Positions 37,854 through 46,375 of a DNA stretch of 64,000 nucleotides are shown here, piece after piece. This stretch comes from Candidatus Nanohalarchaeota archaeon (lineage in GTDB: Archaea; Nanohalarchaeota; Nanosalinia; Nanosalinales; Nanoanaerosalinaceae): the NCBI GenBank assembly GCA_022729255.1, contig JALDAG010000001.1, positions 2,391 to 66,390 of the forward strand, given 5' to 3'. Position numbers and translations under genes: made by a program. Within the stretch, counting starts at the first letter, position 1. Every line of letters starts with the position of its first letter. The notes under the pieces are model-generated. The model was not told where the DNA came from and ran no database searches. It saw nothing but the letters and a program-made list of their open reading frames with translations.

Positions 37854-37960
37854 CCCTCCTTAGCTCAGTCTGGCAGAGCGTCCGCCTGTAGTTCCAGCCG
37901 GGTGCTGACCAATGGAAGCCAGTCAGCGGAATGTCCCCCGTTCAAATCGGGGAGGAGGGA
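37854..37960 (+). tRNA. tRNA-Tyr (anticodon GUA) with a 33-nt intron at 37/38
   Basis: Hand-folded: CCCTCCT-TA-GCTC-AGTCTGGCA-GAGC-G-TCCGC-[CTGTAG|33-nt intron|A]-GCGGA-ATGTC-CCCCG-TTCAAAT-CGGGG-AGGAGGG-A. The C1:G72 pair is the archaeal/eukaryal tRNA-Tyr identity feature. Confidence 0.9.
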
Positions 37961-37967
37961 TTTTTTT
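37961..37967 (+). terminator. Oligo-T tract immediately after tRNA-Tyr
   Basis: Seven consecutive T directly follow discriminator A37960. Archaeal RNAP terminates at oligo-T. Confidence 0.4.
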
Positions 37968-38020
37968 GTTCTCCAAAGATTTCCGAAACAATTAATATGT
38001 TCAGTTCATTTTCTTTATCT

Positions 38021-38872
38021 ATGGAAATCAAAATTGGTGCTCATGTATCTATCTCAGGAGGATTCATAAAGGCTCTTGACAGAGAGGAAAAAATTGGTGG
38101 TAACTGTGGACAGGTTTTTGTTCATTCGCCCAGGGTTTGGAAATTCGGGGATCTTTCGAAAAAAGAAGCCAGGGATTTCAGAGAAGAATATAATAAAAGA
38201 GGCTGGGGACCTATACTTGTCCATTCAAACTACTTGATAAACCTTGCAACACCAAAACCTGATCTCTTTAAGAGATCCGTGGAGACACTGAAGGAAGAAT
38301 TGAGAAGGGCTGAGATGCTGGGCATGGAATATGTCGTGTTCCACCCAGGAAGCCATACGGGTTCAGGAGAAGAAAAAGGTATTAAAAGCATAGTTCAAGG
38401 CCTCAACATGGTCAGAGAAGTCATAGGGACTAATACTAAGCTTCTTCTTGAAAACACTGCAGGAAAGGGAACTTCTCTAGGAAAAAACGCTGATCAACTT
38501 TCAAAAATGTTTGAAAGATCTGAGCTTACTTTTGATGATGCGGGTGTCTGTATCGATACTTGTCATGCTTTCTCAGCTGGTTACAACATAAATACAAAAG
38601 AAGGTCTTGATGATTTTGTAGAAGAATTCGATTCAAAGATTGGTTGGGATAACATTAAAGCCATCCACCTCAATGATTCAAAGTATCCTCAAGGTTCTGA
38701 AAAGGATGAACACGCCCACATAGGTGAAGGCGAGATAGGTGAAGAAGGTATGAAAAACATAGTGAACCATCCCAAAATCAAAGAGAAACCGTTGATACTC
38801 GAGACACCTGTGGATAAAAAGAAAGGTTACAAGGAAAACATCGAAAAAGTGATGGAGCTATTGAATGACTAA
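38021..38872 (+). CDS. nfo: Endonuclease IV (AP endonuclease, Nfo)
   Basis: 'MEIKIGAHVSISGG', 'HSNYLINLA', 'VFHPGSH', 'LENTAGKG', 'CIDTCHAF', 'HLNDSK' and 'DEHAHIGEGEIG'. The track ORF start at 37931 overlaps the tRNA and is rejected. Confidence 0.9.
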   Translation: MEIKIGAHVSISGGFIKALDREEKIGGNCGQVFVHSPRVWKFGDLSKKEARDFREEYNKRGWGPILVHSNYLINLATPKPDLFKRSVETLKEELRRAEMLGMEYVVFHPGSHTGSGEEKGIKSIVQGLNMVREVIGTNTKLLLENTAGKGTSLGKNADQLSKMFERSELTFDDAGVCIDTCHAFSAGYNINTKEGLDDFVEEFDSKIGWDNIKAIHLNDSKYPQGSEKDEHAHIGEGEIGEEGMKNIVNHPKIKEKPLILETPVDKKKGYKENIEKVMELLND

Positions 38873-39102
38873 TCGAAACGTATCTCGGTTATCTCCACGT
38901 CTTTCTCCTTTGAAACTCTTTTTTTAAACTCTTCAATAGCTGATTCTTTTCCTTCAACATCTAGTAAGATAATGCCTGTTTCTCCTCCCCTGTTAAAACC
39001 TATCCTTGTTTTTATCAAACTGCCAAATCCTGTCAATACTTTTTGGAGTTTTTGAGCGTTTTTTCTCCTTTTGGAAAGTTTTAAAGCTATTATTTCCTCC
39101 AT
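38869..39102 (-). CDS. Small ACT/NikR-C-like protein, tentatively the TM1266-type 'iron-only hydrogenase system regulator' family
   Basis: 77 aa. Its size and the pattern 'KLQKVLTGFGSLIKTRIGFNRGGETGIILLDVEG...' resemble my recollection of TM1266-family sequences. It is divergent from the hydrogenase operon. Confidence 0.4.
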   Translation of the reverse strand: MEEIIALKLSKRRKNAQKLQKVLTGFGSLIKTRIGFNRGGETGIILLDVEGKESAIEEFKKRVSKEKDVEITEIRFD

Positions 39103-39181
39103 AAAAAATTTTTGATTTCAACCGTAAAAAAAATTTCTGTATGAAAAAGTATTTTTAACAGACAGACGAATTTATTTATGT

Positions 39182-39601
39182 ATGGCGATGCCTGAAGAAC
39201 CTCTCTTAAATATTTTGAAGAAAGAGCAGGAAAGACACGGATATTTATCCGATCATATATTGAAGCAGTTGAGCATTGAAATCGGTGTTCCTCTCTCAAA
39301 GCTGTATGGTATCACACAATTCTACACTATGTTGAGAACCGAACCCGTAGGAAAAAATATTATAGAGATATGTATGTCGACTTCATGTTTCTTGAACGAA
39401 AGTGAAACATTGAAAGAGTATCTTGAAAAAAAACTGGGTATAAATACGGGTGAAACCACTGAGGATGGAGAATTTTCTCTATTCAGAGTTTCATGTATCG
39501 GTTGCTGTAACGAACCACCCGCAATGCTGGTCAACGATGAACCCTACACCAAACTGACAGAAGAAAGGATAGATTTTATAATAGACGAGTTGAAAAACTG
39601 A
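39182..39601 (+). CDS. NuoE/HydC-like thioredoxin-fold [2Fe-2S] subunit
   Basis: 139 aa. Cys pattern 'CMSTSC' ... 'CIGCCNEPPAMLVND' (Cx4C...Cx3C). Its stop overlaps the next start (TGATG). Confidence 0.8.
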   Translation: MAMPEEPLLNILKKEQERHGYLSDHILKQLSIEIGVPLSKLYGITQFYTMLRTEPVGKNIIEICMSTSCFLNESETLKEYLEKKLGINTGETTEDGEFSLFRVSCIGCCNEPPAMLVNDEPYTKLTEERIDFIIDELKN

Positions 39602-40716
39602 TGCAGATCTTGAGAAAAACAAATATGGAAGCATTGAAGCTTCTAGAGGTTATGGACAGAGAAAATATTCTAAAAAAAATGGAGGAAAAGAGTCTTGTAG
39701 GGAGAGGTGGTGCAGGTTTTCCAACGGCAAAAAAATGGAAAATGGCGCTTGAACAAGACGATGATATCTATCTTGTGATAAATGCTGATGAGGGAGAACC
39801 AGGAACATTCAAGGACAAGTTTGTCCTAGAGAACAATCTAGAAACGTTCGTCGAAGGAGTCATGATAAGTTCAAAGATATTGGATGTTGAAAAAACTTAC
39901 ATATATCTCAGAGGAGAATATGAATATTTAAGACAAGATATAGAAGACACTATAGAAGAAATGAACAATAAAACTTCCAAAGAATTCGATATAACGATAG
40001 TGAGGGGAGCCGGAGCATATGTATGCGGTGAAGAAACTTCTATACTTCAATCTATCATGGGCCACAGAGGCAATTCCATGGAGAAACCTCCTTACCCAAC
40101 ACAAGAAGGTCTATGGAAAAAACCGACTGTTGTAAACAACGTTGAGACTATAACATGTGTGCCTCAACTTCTGTTGTATGATGACTGGAACCCTGATCTC
40201 AGGCTTTTCTCACTTTCTGGAAATGTTTCGAACCCTGGACTGTTTGAAGCACCGCTAGGAGTAAAAGTTTCAACGCTTATAGATCTAGCAAGACCTAAAA
40301 ATAATTTGAAAGCTATGTCTCTTGGAAACTTTGGAGGTATAATGCCTATAGAAGAAAACATGGAGATAACTCCTGAACTTATCAGCGATGAGAACTGTTT
40401 CCACGGGACTTTTTCCTTAATATGGATCGATGAAACCAACAACATTGCTGATATATGCAAGAACATCTCAGAGTTCTATACTTATGAATCATGCGGAAAG
40501 TGCACTCCATGTAGAGAAGGCTCTAAAGAAATTTTAGACCTTCTTAACAAGATATGCAGTGGTCAAGGAACCAAAAAAGATATAGAGTTACTTGAAAATA
40601 CTGCGAAACACGTCAACCAAACTAGTCTTTGTGGTCTCGGTAAAACAGTAGGTAAACATGTTTTAACAGGTCTAGAACATTTCAAAACCGATTTTATGGA
40701 GAAGGTAAATCAATGA
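39601..40716 (+). CDS. NuoF/HydB-like FMN- and NAD(H)-binding [4Fe-4S] subunit (minimal, 371 aa)
   Basis: 'GRGGAGFPTAKKW', 'NADEGEPGTFKD', 'GAGAYVCGEETSILQSIMG', 'ESCGKCTPCREG' and 'SLCGLG'. It has no extra ferredoxin-type domains. Confidence 0.85.
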   Translation: MQILRKTNMEALKLLEVMDRENILKKMEEKSLVGRGGAGFPTAKKWKMALEQDDDIYLVINADEGEPGTFKDKFVLENNLETFVEGVMISSKILDVEKTYIYLRGEYEYLRQDIEDTIEEMNNKTSKEFDITIVRGAGAYVCGEETSILQSIMGHRGNSMEKPPYPTQEGLWKKPTVVNNVETITCVPQLLLYDDWNPDLRLFSLSGNVSNPGLFEAPLGVKVSTLIDLARPKNNLKAMSLGNFGGIMPIEENMEITPELISDENCFHGTFSLIWIDETNNIADICKNISEFYTYESCGKCTPCREGSKEILDLLNKICSGQGTKKDIELLENTAKHVNQTSLCGLGKTVGKHVLTGLEHFKTDFMEKVNQ

Positions 40717-42365
40717 ATATAGAAATCGATGGGGAAGAGATAACAGCAAAAGAGGGCAGAACTATACTTGATATATGCAGGGAACACGGCAAGGAAATAC
40801 CTACGAAGTGTTATCTAAAAGACCTCCTTACAGATTCTAGGTGCAGAGTTTGTCTAGTTGAAATGAACGGTAAACTCGTTACTTCCTGCTCAAGTTATCC
40901 AAAAGAAGGTTCTAAAATATATACCGACACTGAAAAAGTTTTGAAAGCACGTGAAAAAAATCTTGAACTGATGAAACAAGAAAAGGATTCTTCTGAAGCT
41001 TACAAGCTGTTCAAAGAGGTCGGTATTGGTAACAACAGGTTCGACAAGGAAGATCACAAGTTGGAGATACTGGGACAGTCACTTCTGAGAGAGATGGATG
41101 AATGTGTTAACTGTGGTAGATGTGTGAATGTTTGCGACCAGATCCAAGGTGTAAACGCCATTGATTTTGCTGGTAGAGGCCATGAATCAAGGGTCACACC
41201 ACACAGAGAAAAGAAACTTTCCGAAGTATCGTGCATAAGATGCGGGCAGTGCATATTAAGATGCGAAGAAAACGCTCTTAAAGAGAAAAGCCACCTTGAA
41301 AAGGTGGAAGAAGCTCTTGCAGATGATACAAAGTATGTCGTAGCTCAGACAGCTCCTGCGGTAAGAGCTTCTCTTGGAGAATTATTTGATATCGAGCCAG
41401 GTAGAAATGTGGAGGGAGAAATGGTTTCTGCTTTAAGAAAAAAAGGTTTTGACAGTGTGTTTGATACTGTGTTCGGAGCTGACCTGACAATAGTGGAGGA
41501 AGCTTCGGAACTGATAGAACGAATCAAAAATAACGGTCCTTTCCCAATGATAACAAGTTGTTGTCCTGCATGGATCCTCTACATGGAACAGTTTCATCCT
41601 GAACTTATGGAAAACGTTTCAAGCTGTAAGAGCCCTCACATGATGGTAGGAGCCCTCACAAAAACATTTTTTGCGGATAAATTGGATAAAAAAAGAGATA
41701 ATATCGTAGTAGTTTCCATAATGCCCTGCACATCGAAGAAGTTCGAGGTTTCAAGAGTGGAAATGAAAGAAGACGTCGATTATGTATTAACAACAAGAGA
41801 AACAGCGAAAATGCTTAAAAAAGATTCTATAGATCTAAAAGAATTGGATACTGACTCTTTTGACAAACCTCTCGGGATTTCAACAGGTGCAGGCAAGATA
41901 TTCGGTGCAACTGGCGGTGTAATGGAAGCAGCTATTAGAACAGCTAACGATAAACTTGATGGCGGAGACATAAACTTCAGGCTTGAAGAGGTGAGGGGCG
42001 AACACGGAATAAAAAGAGGGGAGGTAGACATAGGAGATCAAAAAGTAAGGTTCATTGTAGCTCATGGAGGTAAAAACATAGAAAAAACTATAGAATTGTT
42101 GGATGATGGAGAAGAGATTCATTTCATAGAATTCATGGCCTGTCCTGGAGGATGCGTATGTGGAGGTGGTCAGCCTAAATCAGAAAATAATCTTTTCCCA
42201 GAAAGAGCTGCCGCACTGTACATAAGCGATGAAAACGCTGATTTAAGGCTTTCACACAACAACCCCGCTGTGAAAAAGGTTTATGAAGATTTTCTGGATG
42301 AGCCTCTTTCAGAAAAATCGGAAAAGTTACTTCACACGTTTTACATTAAAAGAAACAAGTTCTAA
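40713..42365 (+). CDS. hydA: [FeFe]-hydrogenase catalytic subunit HydA (2Fe-2S plus 2x4Fe-4S accessory domains, H-cluster domain and small-subunit-like tail)
   Basis: 550 aa. H-cluster motifs 'MITSCCPAW', 'IMPCTSKKFE' and 'EFMACPGGCVCGGGQP'. N-terminal 'C-x10-C-x2-C-x11-C', then 'CVNCGRCVNVC' and 'CIRCGQCILRC'. ATGA overlap with the upstream gene. Confidence 0.9.
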   Translation: MNIEIDGEEITAKEGRTILDICREHGKEIPTKCYLKDLLTDSRCRVCLVEMNGKLVTSCSSYPKEGSKIYTDTEKVLKAREKNLELMKQEKDSSEAYKLFKEVGIGNNRFDKEDHKLEILGQSLLREMDECVNCGRCVNVCDQIQGVNAIDFAGRGHESRVTPHREKKLSEVSCIRCGQCILRCEENALKEKSHLEKVEEALADDTKYVVAQTAPAVRASLGELFDIEPGRNVEGEMVSALRKKGFDSVFDTVFGADLTIVEEASELIERIKNNGPFPMITSCCPAWILYMEQFHPELMENVSSCKSPHMMVGALTKTFFADKLDKKRDNIVVVSIMPCTSKKFEVSRVEMKEDVDYVLTTRETAKMLKKDSIDLKELDTDSFDKPLGISTGAGKIFGATGGVMEAAIRTANDKLDGGDINFRLEEVRGEHGIKRGEVDIGDQKVRFIVAHGGKNIEKTIELLDDGEEIHFIEFMACPGGCVCGGGQPKSENNLFPERAAALYISDENADLRLSHNNPAVKKVYEDFLDEPLSEKSEKLLHTFYIKRNKF

Positions 42366-42976
42366 CTTCTCAAAATCAGATCATAAATATCGTCAAACCT
42401 GCTTTTTAGATTTTTAACTCTCTCAACTGCCTCTGAGTACTTCTTTTCCGAAAATTTGTCTATTATACAACACATCTCTTCTTCTAACTCATTAGAAGAT
42501 TCTTTCTCTATATCCATAACTTTCAAGTACTCATTAGCCATCCTCATCCTGGCGACAGAAAGGCTGTATTCTTTTAAATCATTAGTTTCCCTATCATCTG
42601 ATAAGCTTTCAAGGGTTTCATCGATATAATCACCTATTTTTTCAAGGTAGCCCTTTCTTCTTATAATGGCTATAGACGTTTTAGGCAGCTCAACACCCAA
42701 CTTTTTGGAGAACTTCACCGCTTTTTTTATGTCATCCTCCATCCTATAAACGTTTCCGGATAATGCGAACTTCCTTGCATTCCGCATATGGAAAGGTATT
42801 CCTCTTTCATAGGCTCTGTAAATTATCTCTTTTGTCTCTTTTTGATCCAAATCAATTTTTTCGAGGTGGTGCAGGGTTCCACTGACCCTTCCGTGTTCTG
42901 CTTCTATCTTTGCTTCATACAAAGGACCTCCTTCAAGAATGTCCTTCTCATCAAAGTAAAATTTACGGTAAAACAT
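42362..42976 (-). CDS. Hypothetical protein
   Basis: 204-aa ORF, helical and charged, with no recognisable motif. Its stop overlaps the hydA stop region (convergent). Confidence 0.5.
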   Translation of the reverse strand: MFYRKFYFDEKDILEGGPLYEAKIEAEHGRVSGTLHHLEKIDLDQKETKEIIYRAYERGIPFHMRNARKFALSGNVYRMEDDIKKAVKFSKKLGVELPKTSIAIIRRKGYLEKIGDYIDETLESLSDDRETNDLKEYSLSVARMRMANEYLKVMDIEKESSNELEEEMCCIIDKFSEKKYSEAVERVKNLKSRFDDIYDLILRS

Positions 42977-43021
42977 GTTAAAACAAAAAGAAACCGAAAG
43001 TTTTAAGTTTTCCCGAAAAAA

Positions 43022-43705
43022 CTATTTCCCGAAGTTTCTATCGGATGACCTATAGAATTCAATTGCTCTCTCGAATTCTTCCTCTGAAAACTCGGGCCAG
43101 AGCTGATCCGAGAAAAAAAGTTCCGCATAAGATGACTGCCAGATAAGAAAATTGCTAAGTCTCTGGTATCCCCCTGTTCTAATCACAAGGTCTATACTGG
43201 AACTGCTGTAGAGGTTCTCCTCCAAGTTTTTTTCATTGAATTCCATGTTTTTTTCCTTCATACTCCTCGCAGCATCTACTATCTCTTTCCTACCCCCATA
43301 ACCCATGCAAATATTCAGTTTATAATCCCCTTTTTCAGATGTGTTCTCTTCTATTTCTTCTATGGTTTCAGATATAGGTTCAAGAAGTTCTTTTCTGCCC
43401 AGAAATTCTATGTTAACCTCGTATTTTTTCATGACCTCTGATTTATACAGATCAGAAGCCTTTTTATTGAATATATCAAAGATGGTTTTTATCTCATTTT
43501 CATCTCTTCTCAAGTTTTCTGTACTCAGCGCATAGAAAAAAATTTCCTCTAAGGATTCCTGTTCCACAACCCATTGATAAACTTCCTCTACTTTTTCGAA
43601 TCCTTTTTCATAAGCTTCTCTGTAATCCAAACCATTTTTTCTTGCGTATCTCCTGTTACCATCAGGTATGATACCCATAGAAGCCAGTTTTTTCTCTTTT
43701 CCCAC
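43022..43705 (-). CDS. uppS: Cis-prenyltransferase (undecaprenyl/di-trans,poly-cis-polyprenyl diphosphate synthase)
   Basis: 'GIIPDGNRRYA', 'YALSTENLRR' and 'IRTGGYQRLSNFLIWQSSYAELFFSDQLWPEF'. Confidence 0.9.
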   Translation of the reverse strand: MGKEKKLASMGIIPDGNRRYARKNGLDYREAYEKGFEKVEEVYQWVVEQESLEEIFFYALSTENLRRDENEIKTIFDIFNKKASDLYKSEVMKKYEVNIEFLGRKELLEPISETIEEIEENTSEKGDYKLNICMGYGGRKEIVDAARSMKEKNMEFNEKNLEENLYSSSSIDLVIRTGGYQRLSNFLIWQSSYAELFFSDQLWPEFSEEEFERAIEFYRSSDRNFGK

Positions 43706-43774
43706 CTTTTAATTACCTCACAACGAATTACTTATGTCTAAAAATTATAAAAATTTGTCTCCCGAAGCTTTATT

Positions 43775-44653
43775 GTGGTCTTAATGGTTATACCTAAAAG
43801 TTATGCTGAAGAAATGGAAGTTTTGTTTGAGAATGAAAAGAAGAAATCGGTAGATGATTACATTGATACTCTCGAGAACTTCAAGGATGCGATGAATTAT
43901 AGGGACATAGAGTTTTCGGAGCTTCCGGATATTATTGGAGGAGTCACTATACCATATATAGAACCATTGGACAATGGTGTAAAAGTTAAAGGCGGTGAAA
44001 TCAAGATCAACGACAAGTTTCTTGAAACACCGGGTTCAGAGCACAACTACAGAGATTTTGTTGAAACAGTCTTCCATGAAGCGGTTCACCTCGAGGATTT
44101 CAGGCTGGAATCGGAGACAGATTACAGTTTTAACAGAAAAGAGAGGGATTACAAGGCTATGCTTTCGGAGGGACTAGCATCAAAAATAGGTAAGAATGGT
44201 TACAACGAGGCTAAAAAATTCTACGAGATGTTTTATGACAGGGTTGAAGACCGTTATTACGATAATATTTTAAACGAGTATGATGCAGACGTCGGGGAAA
44301 TACTTGAGGAAATAAGCTCGGAGAAACACTTAGTTCATGTTGGTCTCAATTCTAAAGAAGATGTATATGATTTCCAGATGATGGACAAAGAGATATTCGG
44401 TGATGATGACGAATTAAGCGAGGAAGATATCTATGGTATATTAGACGAAATTTACCCTGTAGGGATAGATAGGGACAGGAGCTACATAATAGATTTCAGG
44501 GATGAAGATGTTGATGCGGATAAGATCGGTGAACATTACTTAAACGCACATGATAGAGTTGAAAGCGTTTTACTTAAATTCTCAGATGAGATGGATAAGA
44601 GCGGAGTCAGTTTTTCAGATGACTTGATCCCGTTCAACTACATAGATTATTGA
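43775..44653 (+). CDS. Acidic hypothetical protein with an HExxH motif (possible minimal zinc metallopeptidase, SprT-like)
   Basis: 292 aa. 'GGEIKINDKFL...FVETVFHEAVHLEDF'. This single motif is the only support, so function is tentative. Confidence 0.45.
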   Translation: MVLMVIPKSYAEEMEVLFENEKKKSVDDYIDTLENFKDAMNYRDIEFSELPDIIGGVTIPYIEPLDNGVKVKGGEIKINDKFLETPGSEHNYRDFVETVFHEAVHLEDFRLESETDYSFNRKERDYKAMLSEGLASKIGKNGYNEAKKFYEMFYDRVEDRYYDNILNEYDADVGEILEEISSEKHLVHVGLNSKEDVYDFQMMDKEIFGDDDELSEEDIYGILDEIYPVGIDRDRSYIIDFRDEDVDADKIGEHYLNAHDRVESVLLKFSDEMDKSGVSFSDDLIPFNYIDY

Positions 44654-45033
44654 ACAAGAGGGAGGTTAAGCAGTATATGAATGTCGTTAAAAAAGAGGAT
44701 GGATGGATCAATAGAGAGAATTACAGAAAAAAAGTCATAGCCGATCAAAGCATTTTAGGAGAAGGCAGAGTTATACAGATAGTGGAGGTAAAACCTGGCG
44801 ATGAAGTTAAGACACACAAGCACAACAAAACAGAGGAAATATTCTTTATATTGAGTTCTGCAGGGAAGATAATCATCAACGGTAATGAAATAGAAACCAC
44901 GGATGAACAATTACTGGTATGTAATGCAGGGGATTCCCACAGCGTTGTCAACGATTCCGATGAAACATTAAGGATACTTGTCTTCAAATACAATTTTGTT
45001 GAGGACGACACTGAATGGTTGAAGGATGGATAG
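44650..45033 (+). CDS. Cupin-domain protein
   Basis: 127 aa. 'VKPGDEVKTHKHNKTEEIFFILSSAG...GDSHSVVNDSDETLRILVF' fits the cupin_2 two-motif pattern. Confidence 0.6.
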   Translation: MNKREVKQYMNVVKKEDGWINRENYRKKVIADQSILGEGRVIQIVEVKPGDEVKTHKHNKTEEIFFILSSAGKIIINGNEIETTDEQLLVCNAGDSHSVVNDSDETLRILVFKYNFVEDDTEWLKDG

Positions 45034-45901
45034 GTACAAAGACATCATACCAGACTATGATGAATTCAAGGAAGTTGTTAAGACACATCAGCCATTCGAT
45101 ATAAGGGTTAATACGAACAAAACAAGTATAAAAGAAATCAAACGAATTTTTAAGGAACAAGGTGTGGGGTTCCAGCAGAGGGAATGGAACAAAAAATTCT
45201 TCAAGATTGATGAAAGACCTGGTAAGCTGTTTCAGCACTGGCTTGGCAAGATATATTCTCAAGAATCAACTTCGGGTATACCTCCTACCACATTCAACCT
45301 GGAAACCAACGACAAAATAATCGATATGTGTGCCGCGCCAGGTTCAAAGACCACTCAGATATCTGCATTGATGGATAACAAAGGAGACATACTTGCCAAC
45401 GATAAGTATTCCAATAGGATAAAAAGCCTCCTTGCAAATGTATACCGACTTGGTTGTCTTAATGTCAAAGTAATCGAGAGAGATGCAAGGGACATACCCG
45501 AGGAAAAAAAGTTCGACAAGGTACTTGTTGACGCACCATGCTCTGCTGAAGGAAATCTTAGGGAAAAAGAGTATCTTCGAGAAGGTGCTGATATGGAAGA
45601 CATTAAAAGTATTTCATCTCTTCAGGAACAGCTTCTGGACAAAGCGTTTAGGTTGTGCAAGAAAGGAGGTGAGATAGTTTATTCGACTTGTACTTTTGCC
45701 CCCGAAGAAAACGAGTTAAACGTACAAAAATTTCTTGAAAGAGGAAGATTAGTCGATCCGGGATTCGATTTCGAACATTCAAAAGGTTTGACAGAATGGG
45801 ATGGGAAAAAACTTTCGGAAGATCTTAGAAACTGTGTGAGGGTTTACCCTCATCAGCTGGATTCAGGAGGGATATTCATTGCCAAGTTCAAAAAGATGTG
45901 A
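45026..45901 (+). CDS. NOL1/NOP2/Sun (RsmB/RsmF-type) RNA cytosine-C5 methyltransferase, catalytic part
   Basis: 'DMCAAPGSKTT' (SAM), 'VLVDAPCSAEGNLR' and 'IVYSTCTFAPEENE' (catalytic Cys motifs). It ends 'GGIFIAKFKKM*' at an A5 run. Confidence 0.85.
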   Translation: MDRYKDIIPDYDEFKEVVKTHQPFDIRVNTNKTSIKEIKRIFKEQGVGFQQREWNKKFFKIDERPGKLFQHWLGKIYSQESTSGIPPTTFNLETNDKIIDMCAAPGSKTTQISALMDNKGDILANDKYSNRIKSLLANVYRLGCLNVKVIERDARDIPEEKKFDKVLVDAPCSAEGNLREKEYLREGADMEDIKSISSLQEQLLDKAFRLCKKGGEIVYSTCTFAPEENELNVQKFLERGRLVDPGFDFEHSKGLTEWDGKKLSEDLRNCVRVYPHQLDSGGIFIAKFKKM

Positions 45902-46325
45902 GACATATATCAAGGAAAGGTTTGGAGTTGAAAAGATCTTGAGAGAGTATAATTTTGTGGAGAGAAGTGGGGATTACTGGATTATACCTGAAAACATGGA
46001 AGTCACAGGCGAATACATAACAACAGGTATCAGAGCATTGAGGGATACAGGTGTAGGTTTGAAACCGACAACATATTTTTTGCAAGTGGTTGGAGAAGAT
46101 ATTTCCAAAAATGTCTTCAAGCTTGACAGGACATCCCTTAAAAAGATGGTCTTTGAAAGGGAAAAAATCAGGTTAAATCAATGTGAAGACAAGGTTGAAA
46201 ACGGTTATGTTGCCCTGGAATTCATGGGAGAAATAATCGGATGCGGTTTGAAGAAAAATGATGGTCTGGTGACTCAGATCCCTAAGGGACGCGCAAAGAT
46301 ATTGGAAGAACTGATCTTAGATTAG
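45879..46325 (+). CDS. RsmF C-terminal / PUA-like RNA-binding domain ORF (+1 frame relative to 45026..45901); probable detached C-terminus of the methyltransferase
   Basis: 148 aa with only a TTG start. 'GYVALEFMGEIIGCGLKKNDGLVTQIPKGRAK' resembles the PUA-like domain normally fused C-terminally to RsmF-type enzymes. Confidence 0.5.
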   Translation: MPSSKRCETYIKERFGVEKILREYNFVERSGDYWIIPENMEVTGEYITTGIRALRDTGVGLKPTTYFLQVVGEDISKNVFKLDRTSLKKMVFEREKIRLNQCEDKVENGYVALEFMGEIIGCGLKKNDGLVTQIPKGRAKILEELILD

Positions 46326-46375
46326 GATCGAAAAAGACTTGGAAAGGTATAAAAAAGTTGCGATATATCAAATAG

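Noticed and set aside
38869-42365. Hydrogenase operon as a recently acquired genomic island flagged by composition
   Set aside because: By eye the codon and AT usage matches the flanks, and there are no integrase, tRNA-adjacent att-like repeats or IS elements. Ancient transfer cannot be excluded but recent islandhood is unsupported. A computed GC/codon-adaptation profile would be needed.
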